This document shows, one piece after another, positions 1-11,650 of a stretch of DNA of 64,000 bases. This DNA comes from Saccostrea cucullata. Lineage: Eukaryota. Each line of letters opens with the position of its first letter. The first letter of the stretch is position 1. The notes beneath the pieces were generated by a model that was not told where the DNA came from, searched no databases, and saw only the letters and a list, made by a program, of their open reading frames with translations. Made by a program: the position numbers and the translations under genes. The DNA is taken from positions 124,001-188,000 of the forward strand of contig NW_026931211.1 of assembly GCF_032062105.1 (NCBI RefSeq). The letters are read 5' to 3'.

Positions 1-385
1 AGAAATTTCTATTTTTAGTCTATTTGTGTGCCAAGTTATATTGAAATCAGACCAAAACTGTAGGAGGAGTAGCATTTTGAAAGAATTTCACAGAAATTTC
101 TATTTTTAGTAACAACGCCAACACTGTTCGTGGAAATCAAAAACCGATACACAGAATTATGTATCTTAGTGTAGTCTATTTGTGTGCCGAGTTATATTGA
201 AATCAGACCAAAACTGTAGGAGGAGTAGCATTTTGAAAGAATTTCACAGAAATTTCTATTTTTAGTAACAACGCCAACACCGTTCGTCGAAATCAAAATC
301 CGATACACAGAATTATGTATCTTAGTGTAGTCTACTTATATGCCAAATCAGATCAAAACTGTAGGAGGAGTAGCATTTTGAAAAA
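1..385. repeat. Tandem ~150-bp satellite-like array (about 2.5 units, truncated by window edge)
   Basis: The block caaaactgtaggaggagtagcattttgaaa recurs at ~52, ~210 and ~355. Confidence 0.8.
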
Positions 386-3138
386 TTGTTTGCATTTTAT
401 CGCATAAGCTCTTCTGGTCTCTGACCTATATAAAAAAAGGAGTGAATGGATATATATATGCTTCGATATAATTATACATGTACAAATGACCTGTAATACA
501 TGTACTCCATAGACCTGACCCATCTGGCAAAACATTTTCATACTTAATTTAGTCCCACAAATTATTGCTATCTAGAGCAAACATTTAAAACAATTTGATA
601 ATTGCATTTTACAACACAAATAAACCAAAACTCAGGAACTGTTTGCAATGTCTCCTAATTTTTTATCACACTTCATATTACTTGCAAGTGTTTTTTTTTT
701 CTTCAGATACTTCATCTTTACAAGCAAAGGATTATCAGTCCAATACACCCAAGAAAAAAAAAAGGTCGCCATATTGCAGCACTAAAGGTTGTTGCTGTTG
801 TATTATCCATTAATACACCAGATACCAATAAAAAAGATGTTACCATGGTTACAAAAGGCAGAAAAACATTTTTATATCATTTTGCTACTTTTGTTCTTGT
901 ACTGGGTAACCCATGACTCCATCTCTTTTCTCATCCAGTTGATAAACCTGGATCCCCTGGCAGATTTTGAATGTCAGAAAATTCAATACATTTTATTTCC
1001 TGCTTATTAAATATTTTAAAAATCTGAACATTTCTCCTGCAAGTGAGAGGAAATAACACTTATAAATAGTCTTCAGAAGACTCGAGATAAAAAATGAAAG
1101 CTTATTTGTGTTATAAAATATTACAAAACAACTTTAGCAATGTATTGTCCAATTTGGCTATAAACTTTTCTTCAAATTGCAAATTCCTTTGGTTCAACAT
1201 ATTATAAGCAAAGGTCTTGTGTAAATTTAAATGATTTTATTTGTTAAACTCAAATCTGGGTTTATAAAATGAAAGTGAAACTAAAATTGTTACACAATTT
1301 CAAGTGAAACAGCATTTTTGATCTGACTGTGACACGTCTGTATTTAGAACATGACGTCATTATGTAAACACACAAAGAGGATCTAGGATTTCCCCCAATT
1401 TGTTCGAATTTTCAACACTTAAAATAAACCTCAGTTGTTTTTTCGTGATTTTTTGAAAAACATATTTCATATTAATTAGCATTTAAGCCTAGTCTTATAG
1501 TGGGAAACTTAAATTGATTACATGCTTACTGATTGAAGTCGTCTGCAAATTCAGACATGTCCTTTGTCCGATGAAGAAAAAAATATATTGATAAAAAGTA
1601 ATCCTTTTGTACTTAATCAAATGAAATGAATTTAATCCATAAAACAGATTTCTTGGAAAAATTTTCATTTAAGTGAACTGAAAATAGCATATTCTTGAAA
1701 TGATGACTTGCTGATTTTGAATAAATACGAGACTACCGGCGTAATGATTTCTTACAAAAATAACATGGAGTTCTAAGGAAATATTCATTGAATATGAACA
1801 GGTCTAAACAATATCACATAAATGAATTTCTTACTTTGTTCCTTCTGCCATTGTGTCTTTAATTTAGGATATATGATAGTCTTTCTCAAACACAACTTCA
1901 CGACGCAACGTTCGTGAGCACAAAATGGCTGTTTATATTCTAAAAGAAAAATCTCGAATGTAAACCTTACATTTCCGGAATATAAATAAACCTGACGTGT
2001 AACAATACCTCATTTCGCAAAATAAATATTATGATACATATCTTGATTTTTTCATCAATCAAATAAAGAAAGAAACAGAATGAAGTCAAAAAATGTAATT
2101 CTATGTCAATTTTAAGCAAAAATTACGACCGCAAAATCAAATTCTTTGGAAATTGCACAACTTCTCAATTATTTTTTAAAATTGATTTTTAAACCGGTAG
2201 TTATCAATCTATTTATTTGCTAATTCTTTTTTATTTCAGTCTTTTGATGCTTATAATTGTCCATTTTATTCCATGTGTAGGGGCTTGTCTTCCGGATTGT
2301 TAAATGTAAAATAAATTTTAAAATTTTTTGAATCTTCTTTAAATACACTTAAAAGTTATTAAAATAAAATTCTTCACACTTTCAGGCAAGAAAAACCATG
2401 TTTACAAAAATAGACGTACCACACTTATATGCATAAACTATAGAGTTTTTTTTTCTTTTAAATTTAGATTTTCATCGGCTAACCATGCTAACAGTGCATT
2501 CAAACTCGACGGTATACATTTGACGGATTTGATTTCATAACACATTTTCATTAATGTTGATCACATTGTAGCACATTTTGCTAGTTTTTTTTTTTTTTTT
2601 TTTTTTTTACTCCTTTATAGAATAAATTCTGTTTTTGACGCATTCATTTTAAGTTTATTACCGTTCATCCAGTTGTTAATTTTTGCAAAATCCTCATTCT
2701 GAACATTATGTCTACTGCTACATATTAGAAAATCTATATAATTGAGGACCGCAAGGAATGCAAGGCCAGGCTATTGATTTTCAAAGGGATCAATGACAAA
2801 TAATTTATATTTATCTAATTAAAATAATATCCCTGTCATACATTTAAATATTTATGCAGAAGTTTTACCGGGGGGAGGGGGTGTCTGGAAAAATCCTGTA
2901 TTTGCCACAGAATTTGCAAAATATATTTTATTTGATATTTAACATAAAGATTTCCGTCCGATTTGCTATCTAAGTAAACCCTCATATGTTAAGTATGCCT
3001 TCAACCTAAAATAGAATAAACTTGGCACGAAATCGCCATTTAACTTGGTTCTCCTTTTTGTGGAGAACCAGTTTAACATCTCGGAAACACTCTAGATTTA
3101 TCTTTTAATCATATATTCATGACTATTCGTCAACAAAA

Positions 3139-6100
3139 ATGGCCGGAATAAGATGTAAGCTTCCAAAATATTTTGGATTCTTAGAGAATTTTATTTGCAT
3201 TTTCATTATTTTTTTAAGATTTTATATGAAGTATAAATTTTGCTTCGCTGCAAAGTGTTCGCTTGAACTTCAATAAGATTGAGATGATGTTACATGGGCT
3301 TGGTCAAGTTTGTAAAACAAGACAGTTCCGGTCAGTCAATCTGCAGATTTTTGTGTGTGCTGTATTTCCTGGATTTACTAAGTCCAATGATCATTAGCCC
3401 TTGCTTATGCAGTGTTTACATCTAATTCCTGTCAATGCGAATGATGTTCCAGTTTCAAGGAATATAACTCTGTACACTGTAAATTAATTTTCTATCATAT
3501 AAGTCATTTAGATGATTAATCAGAGTGATATATTTACTGTAGCGTTTATTTTCCGAGCATGTAAATCCTAAATAATTAATATTCCATCCACAAAACTGTA
3601 CTATATTCCTTTTCTCTTAAATGAAAACACAGCGTAAAGTTCACAATTTATTAATGGCGATAAATCCAAAGCATAGCAAATAAACAAAACAAACGAGTGA
3701 CTTGGTCAAAACTTTCCTAACTACTACTGCGTTTCTACAATTCTTCCCCTTATATACTGATTAAACTCACTCCTCCCATGACGCAATAATTTAACTCCTC
3801 TTTACAAAATAACTCCTCACTTGAAATACAAATACAAAATCTAGGTCATAGCTGAGGAGTAAAAGATATAAATAGGTTACTGGATTACATTTTAGGCCAA
3901 CTAATAAAATACTGCAGTTAACTTTAATTAATTAAACAGTTTATACAAAATAATATATAGACATAAATATGATTAATTTTTAAATCTGCTACATTACCTC
4001 CTTATAGAGGGGTAAATATATCATACCGACCAATCATAATATGTTTACGGTGCAACTGTTAAGGCGAGTGCAGATACTTATTCAGTTTTAGATTAATGTA
4101 GATAGGGCTCGTCAAACCACACTTGACATTTGGTGCATATAGACGCTTTAGTTTTATGTCATAGTAGTAAGTAAAATTTTAAATCAAACCAAGACTTGAA
4201 GAGTGCTGATTTTAAAGAAGAACATTATATTTACGGTACATTTTATATATTATTTATCTGCGATATATCCATTAAGGCGATGTATGGCGTATCTTTGTTG
4301 TTTTTTTTTTTGGTCAGTCTCGCCAGGATATAGCTTAAAGAAGCTATGCATTGAGGGTCCAAAATTATTGTGGGAAAAAATTTTATTGGAACAATGTGCA
4401 AGTCAAAATTTTCTCTTCGCCCAGGCGTCGTTGTTAGAACTTGCTGCACTGGCTATAATGGCTTAATGATAGAAATTCACGGCTTGTGATTTAAAACAAA
4501 ATATTATACATGTTCTTGCTCCATATAATTAAGCATCAAAATTCTAATGCAAATTATTCTTATTTTTCATTTGATGATCTGTTCCTCCTGGCCCTTTGAT
4601 TGAAATGTTCTACAGCGTAAGTATATAAACACAGATGAAACACACTATTACAAGACTAATCTGAATGTAAAGTTTTTGTCAACTGTAGACAATTTTATTC
4701 AGACACCATTTTATTTTATACATGCAACAGATTCAGCGGATTATTCTAAATGTTGATGTCATACGTACAATATATATATAGATTAACCATAATAAATGAG
4801 TTATTTTTATGAAACTTTTAATTACCTGAAAATGAATATGACACAACTTTAATACTCATGTAATGCAATCTGTTTGGTAAACATAGTAAATGTAGAACAA
4901 AGAGTACAACTTGAAGAAAGCCATTTCGTTCTATTTCTTACATGTGTATGATTGATCAATGATTTTATTTGTAGATTAATAGCCTTGGCTTTCTCTGCTG
5001 CCATTGGGATCACGTTTCTTGTACTAGGATGTGCTCTGTTTCAGTAAGTTACATGTACTTTGAAAATTTGATAATCTTCTAACTGCAGTCGGGGACATTC
5101 AGTTCTGCTCAACTGCATTTCATTAATTCAAATCATGGTAAAACAGGATTGCAAAAACTGCATTCAAGAGCAAATGTATCAAGTTTTCAATAATCATCAG
5201 TTTTTGGCAGTGAGCATAACAAATATAAACAGTTAAAATTTGATCAAGTTTACAAATAATATGACTACAATGATAGGGTGACAGATCAACATATAACAGA
5301 CTTCTGTATTGTCTACGTTAGGAACTGGTGGCCGATGTTTGTGCTGTTTTTCTACTTCCTGTCGCCTGTACCCACCGTCATCTCTCGCCGTCTGTCCGGC
5401 AGTCTCGACTCCTCCAGCAGTGCCCTTATTGAGCTGTGTATATTTCTGACTGTGGGAGTCGTCATTTCAGCGATTGGTTTACCCATCGTATTGGCTAGAA
5501 CCTCGGTGGTAAGTAGAATACACCAATACTGCATGTAAATGATGATTAAAGTATTTAAAAATCCATCAAAGAATTGAAGAAAACACTTGGCACTTATATT
5601 TTTAAGCATTTCTTGATTCAACTTTGTTAAGTTATTAGACTAAAATTCATGTTTATTGTTTCTAAAGTCGTAAAGATATGAATATAAGATAAAATTCAAT
5701 ATCAGTGTTGACTGTTTGTATAGATGAACATTAAAGTCAATGACAGTGTTGAATCGTAGGTTGAATGTTCTGGTTGTGTCTGGGGTTAAGGTTAAGGTTA
5801 TACGAGGGTTGATCCAAAAGTAATGTCACAACTTCGATAAAATTGCTATAAATTGACGTAAAACAACAAAATTATACATGATGAAAGCTTACTTAATTTC
5901 AAATCAGATCTGAAAAAAAATGAAAGGAATATGATGTATACTTTCCAAAATATCAGATTTTAAACAATGTGCGTTTATGGTAGTCGCCGCACCTAAATAT
6001 AACATCATATGACGGATACGCACCGTCATTCTTTTAAGCGTTTTCCCTTTATTTCATTACAAAATATTTGTGATTTGCAAAGACTTTCACCAATTTCACT

Positions 6101-7476
6101 TTCTTTAAGAATTCCTGGTACCATTATAGACTCAATCTTTTCATTATTAAGCCCTCTGTCAAAATATTTTGAACAGTAGCAGAGTACAAACTTAAAAATT
6201 CACATGTCACTCTATCCCTCTTTGTTTTTTGACAGCGTCAGACACCATTGAATGTTTCTCCTATCTTTCGGGCTTTTTGTCCTCTGCTGATCATTCAATG
6301 ACCCACCATCCGACCAAAATTGCTGAAATCATCGATTACGAAGTCTCTCATTTATATTCTTTATTCTTTGAGTCTTGTTTATTAACACAACTGTCGCTAG
6401 AGAAGATTCCCATATTTTGAAGCAAAAATGTATTACACTTCGTCGAGCTGTTTTTTTTTTTTTTCCTATTTCGACAATCCCTTTGTTCACTTCAATAAAG
6501 TAAAATAAAATGTTTATGATCACAAATACCAATACCGTCATTTAATTTTCTATTAAAGACAAGAAATTCACTTGAATTGTGTCTTTTAAAAAATAAGAGA
6601 TTAGGTGCTTTTTAAAAAATCTTTTTAATGTGTTTGTATTTTTCATTCTAACAAAAAATACACTTTAAAACTTGACGTTCAGTTGTGATGCGGCGACACT
6701 CCCTATGCTCTATATTTTAAATATCTATAAAATAAATTCAAATAAACATTATTAAATGAGAATTTCAATGTTAATTAGATTTGTATTTGTGCATCTTTTG
6801 CTCTATTGTATTTGATAATATTACGCCAAATATAAAAGATATGGACACTGTGACATTACTTTTGGATCAACCCTCGTATAATGGACAAAACTTAGCATTT
6901 CTAATTGTTTTCACTTGATTAAGCTATTCAGTACATCATTGATATAACTATTCAGTTTATTGTTGATGTAGTTATTCAGTATATTGTTGATATAACTATT
7001 CAGTTTATTGTTGATGTAGTTATTCAGTTTATTGTTGATGTAACCATTCAGTATGTCATTGATAAAACTACTCAGAATAATGTTGTTGTAATAATTCAGT
7101 ATATCGTTGATGTAATCATTCAGTATATCGTTGATGTAACTATTCAGTTTATCTTGGATGTAACTATTCAGTATATCGTTGATGTCACTATTCAGTATAT
7201 TGTTGAGTTTGTCATTGATGTAACTATTCAATATATTGTCGAGTTTTTATCAATGTAACTATTCAGTATATTGTTGAGATTTTTTCGCTGATGTAACTAT
7301 TCAGTATATCATTGAGTTTGTCGTTGATGTTATTATTCAGTTTTATCGTTGATATTTTGTAGATCCAGTGGGGAGCCTGTGGCTTGGTCCTGGCGGGGAA
7401 TGTCGTCGTGTTTCTCACGATCCTCGGATATTTCTTCGTGTTCGGAAATGATGACTTGGATTATTCCTCATGGTGA
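3139..7476 (+). CDS. LEPROT: Leptin receptor overlapping transcript / OB-RGRP / Vps55-family 4-TM endosomal protein, 128 aa. Exons: 3139-3154, [4616, 1-nt candidate], 4975-5043, 5322-5508, 7363-7476
   Basis: Spliced translation MAGIR(S)[40 protein letters not shown]...[59 protein letters not shown] closely resembles LEPROT/LEPROTL1. Introns are GT-AG, and phases agree for exons 2-4. Confidence 0.93.
3538..3993 (-). mobile_element. Probable solo LTR (Gypsy-like) in LEPROT intron 1
   Basis: TGTAGC...GCTACA termini, 4-bp TSD TTAC (3534-3537 / 3994-3997), 456 bp, no ORF. Confidence 0.65.
5801..6878. mobile_element. Tc1/mariner-type non-autonomous element
   Basis: 30-bp TIR tacgagggttgatccaaaagtaatgtcaca / tgtgacattacttttggatcaaccctcgta, flanked by TA. 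Confidence 0.85.
6915..7355. repeat. Minisatellite (~24-bp unit gttgatgtaactattcagtatatc) abutting the last LEPROT acceptor
   Basis: Degenerate tandem units are directly visible; they explain the N-rich spurious ORF 6911-7231. Confidence 0.9.
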
Positions 7477-9525
7477 TGAACACAGACCTGATCTATTTAT
7501 ATTTTAAAACAAACCGTGAGAATGTGACATTTTAATATGTGATTTGAAAGTTTTTATTCTACATCTTAATGTAGAGAGATTTTGCTGGAAGGGAGAAGTA
7601 ACGTAGTGTTTTATGTTGCAGACTTGTTGCTGCGTAACAGAGATGGTGAATTGTTAGTATTAGTCAGATCATCCTTATATCATTAGGTTTGCATCTCCAC
7701 ATGTCTTGCATCATTTCCTATGTAACCTAATCTGAAACATTTAAAATCAGTATAGTTTATAATCTAAGATATTTACATGTATTCAGTTGACTGCAGTAAC
7801 TATAGTTATAGCTAATGCTTCAAACACCAGTGGTGTTAGCAGTTATGTATGATTGATTTGATGCTGATTTGATGCTGGGTTTGATACAGTGGTAGACAGT
7901 GACACACAGGCATGTCCATAGCAAAGTCCTGCATGTATCCTATTACAGGTCATATAAAAAGTACTGCCTCTCTCCAAAATAGCTGTATATCTTGTTACAA
8001 GTACTATGAAATCACTTATTTTCATGGAGATTAATTTCCATAGCTTTCTTAAGAAGAGACCTACAGATTTATGTCCTATAAAAATGTATTAAAATTTTAA
8101 ACTGTGCAGTATCAAATTCACATCTTTAACCACAAAATATAAAAATGTATTAAAATTTTAAACTATAAATGTGACTATGGTTGTGTATGGAGCTGCTTTC
8201 TTTTAGCCTTTGGGTCATATAACTTCAGAACTCAAACTGTATCAAAAACTATTCATTTTAAAACATAAGTTTTCATCTGCTTTTTTATGATATTTTGCAC
8301 ATTTAAATTGTATAGAATTCAACTTATTACATTTTTTAAACTTATGCAATACCAGAAAAAGTACTAATTTGTATAGGATTTTAAGTAATCAGCATGATTT
8401 TTTTTCATGTCTGTATAAAAGGATGTACATGTATAAAGTTTTTGATCATTTTCATGCATATACTTATCAGTTGGAAAGAAAAAACATGACAGTGTTTTAT
8501 TTTCAGTAATTGCATTAATAATAGTACTTTTTTCCAACATATTTTTGCTCCTATAAGAATTCTGTGAATTCAAGGTTTATACTCTTTAGGTACGAAGCCA
8601 CTAGTGATCAAATACACATTTTTTTAACATATCAGTGAGAAACTAAACTATGAAATATAATTAGGGATGAAATGTTCAGTGGATGAGGGTTTTGCATGAA
8701 AATGCAATGTTAATATTTAGTTATCAATTTCACCCCTACCTTTTATCTTCTATACTGCTATCATGAGTTTTTGAAATTCATTAGTTTTAGAAAAAATATC
8801 TGTGAAAACAGGATAATGCATTGCTAAAACTGTGTGCAAAATTTTCAACATACATTTGGGGTTTTAAGTTAAAGAAACTTGCGTATGTATGTTTATTTTT
8901 AACTAATATAAATCAGACGTAAAACTTGCAATACAATTGTGATGCTTATATGTGAAATAATGATATGATTTCCCTCATATATATATATATAAACACATAC
9001 ATGCATTATTACATGTACTAACAGAGGAGTAATTGAAAGTAAATAACATTCTAAAGTTAAGTATTCAATTTCTGCCTTCTTCCTTTATTTTGATTTGTTT
9101 GACTTTATTTTATCCACATTTATACTTTCATATATATAGGCACCGTGTACAGCAGAAATCAAGACAAAGCTCCCGTTATACGATGGATTGCTTCAGTCTA
9201 ACATTGTAGGAACCACCTAATTATTTGTTTTTGCCAAAATGTCCAATACTTTGTTATTTATATAATTTTTTTTTGTTATTCTGTAATGATTTGTAAAAGC
9301 TTGATAAACTTTATACGTGTTTGTTTATTTGATAAAAAATAAAAATTGTCAAAAATTTATTATTTATTTATCTTTAATTAAAAAAAAATTATGGAGATGG
9401 TTTGAGTTTTTCTACAACACCAGACAAGGAAATAAATATTTTAAAAAAAAACCTTGACGAGGGAAGCAAGACTGGGAAGCAGGAAGGAAATTTAAAAAGT
9501 GAAGAACAAAAAGGAACCCTAGTTA

Positions 9526-9975
9526 GGCCCCAAAAAATTAATCAAATGTTTCTCAGGCACCGCCGCATCAGTTCAAAAACGGCCGCATTGATGAATTTTA
9601 TTGACATATTGGAAAGGGAAATAACCCAATTTTCTATTTTTTCCAAGTTGAAAAAGAAAATTGAGTTATTGCCCTTTTCATAAATGCTAAGTTCGACGTT
9701 TTTATTAGAATAACAATATCTTTCTTGTAAATCTACAGTATTTTATAAGTTATCTTTTGAATAAATGTTTGGATTAACATTATTTAAGGTTGAATACATA
9801 TTATAACTAATTTCAGAGAACAAAACTTAAGAATTAGTAGATATCATTTTATTGAACAAATGACTTTGAAAAAAGGTGTAGACTAAATCCTGCTTCAAAA
9901 AAAAAAAAAGCCTGCCTGCCGCATTGAATTTTGATTTTTTTGGCCTGAGAAACAATTGATTAATTTTTTTTGGCC
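9526..9975. mobile_element. PIF/Harbinger-like MITE
   Basis: TIR ggcc(c)caaaaaattaatcaaatgtttctcaggc / gcctgagaaacaattgattaatttttttggcc with TTA on both sides. Confidence 0.75.
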
Positions 9976-10429
9976 TTATTATCGATATAAGAAATGAGCA
10001 AGAGAAAGTGCATGTATATAGAATAAAAAGTAATATATGCGTTATTTTGTGCAATCCCTAATTTTGAATCTATTAATACCTGTTAAATGACACGACAGAA
10101 AGAAAGTCCAATCAGTTGTGTTCACGAGATAATGTGTAGAGTGAAATAAACTGAAGAAACAGAGATAGATTAAATCTATCAAATAATAGTTGAAATCTTG
10201 CATTATATGATTCAATGGCAATATACAATATAAAAACCAACTATAACAGACCTGTCTTTCAGAATGCAGAAGTAGTGGAGTGCGCGTATATAGATCACGA
10301 TTTGAATTTCGCGCCAATGACGTCATCAAACTTTCGACCAATCAGAAGGCAGCATTTGAATTTTGGTCACGGGACCCTATAGGCGGGATTTTTTTTAAAT
10401 CACCTATGCTTATGGGGGTCAAGGGTCCA

Positions 10430-11095
10430 ACAAAGAGGTGTCCTAAAGGGTATTGTGTGACCTATCAAAGGAAAGGTCTGGACGAGGAGAGGTCATCCCG
10501 GGGGTGGTCCGGGGTCATTTAGTGCCAAATCAAAAATTTACTTAAAAGGTAGCGTGTGACATATCAAACGGAAGATCTCCACGAGAAGAGGTCAGCCCGG
10601 GGGTGTTCCGGGTCATCAAGTGCAAAATCAAAAGGTTACTAAAGGGTATCATGCGACATATCAAATAGAAGGTCTCGACGAGTAGAGCTCAGCCCGGGGG
10701 TGGTCCGGGGTCATCAAGTGCAAAATCGAAAAGTTACTCAAAAGGTATCGTGTGACCTATCAAATGGAAGGTCTGGAAGAGGAGAGGTCATCCCGGGGGT
10801 GGTCAGGGGTCATTAAGTTCAAAATAAAAAAATACCTAAAGGGTATCATGTGACCCATCAAATGGAAGGTCTCGACGAGAAGAGTTCAGCCCGGGGGTGT
10901 TCCGGGGTCATGAGTGCAAAACAGTTACCTGAAGTGTTTAATGTGATATCTCAAATGAAAAGTCTTGACAAGTGGAGTTTAACTCGGGGGTGTTCCTGGG
11001 GTCATCAGGTGCAAATTCCAAAAATAACCTCAAGGTAGCGTTTGACCTATCTTATGGACGATTCCGGGTTTTTCCGGGCCATTAGGTGCAGTATT
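10430..11095 (+). repeat. Left subterminal array, ~6.5 units of ~98 bp
   Basis: Unit gtgacctatcaaatggaaggtctcgacgaggagaggtcagcccgggggtggtccggggtcat.. starts at ~10457, 10556, 10653, 10752, 10850, 10943 and 11042. Confidence 0.9.
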
Positions 11096-11157
11096 TAAGA
11101 CTTTCCTAATAGTATAAATGCTCTGAACAATCGTGAATCTCTTCATTATCAAACAGA

Positions 11158-11586
11158 ATGGCAATGACGCTAGTCCTTCGATCTTCGGAGGGCAAACACC
11201 TGTTCCCAAGCAACAAACCTTTTGATTTCACCGTCACGTTGCCAAAAACGTTGGTTTTTAAGGAACAGTGGACACTAGAATTAAGTGAATTTTATATCAC
11301 AACCCCTGTCAAGACCACAAAGAAGGAGCTTTTCATCTACTGTGACGCATGCGACACTTCTGTGGTGGGTGAACAATACAGACCATTGCTGAGGCGTGTT
11401 GTTTTGGAATCCAACAAGAATCAAATCTTCACGAGACCGTACCCAGTTCTGATGCGAATCCAAGAGTTGAAAAAGATACGCCTGGAAATAAGAGATAAAG
11501 ATTTTGAGCATGCCACCTTCTTGAATGGCGAGATTAGCCTGACTCTGATATTTCGACCCGCAGTCATGACCAGTTTCTCGGCCTAA
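11158..11586 (+). CDS. Polinton minor capsid (penton-like, single jelly-roll) protein, 142 aa
   Basis: Motifs LVLRS..LFPSNKPFDFTVTLPKTL..W.LELSE, LFIYCD...VG...PLLRRV and IRLEIRD...LTLIFR resemble Polinton minor capsid proteins as I recall them; the ORF lies inside the element. Confidence 0.7.
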   Translation: MAMTLVLRSSEGKHLFPSNKPFDFTVTLPKTLVFKEQWTLELSEFYITTPVKTTKKELFIYCDACDTSVVGEQYRPLLRRVVLESNKNQIFTRPYPVLMRIQELKKIRLEIRDKDFEHATFLNGEISLTLIFRPAVMTSFSA

Positions 11587-11650
11587 AGCTATAAAAAGTG
11601 ATTCAAGAATAAATTGGTCACATTTTAAGAGTGTCTGCGGAAGAGTCAAC

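Noticed and set aside
4605-4616. Alternative first coding exon ATG TTC TAC AGC|gt for LEPROT
   Set aside because: It ends in phase 0, incompatible with either exon-2 acceptor, and the phase-2 frame has an upstream stop with no ATG.
6911-7231. 106-aa Asn-rich ORF
   Set aside because: It is a translation of an intronic minisatellite.
10280-11038. Short ORFs in the element ends (also 14929-15126)
   Set aside because: They are translations of the TIR and 98-bp repeats, with no protein signal.
10430-11095. CRISPR-like array next to an integrase
   Set aside because: The sequence between the conserved cores is itself repeated (no unique spacers), the array is mirrored at the other end, and there are no cas genes.
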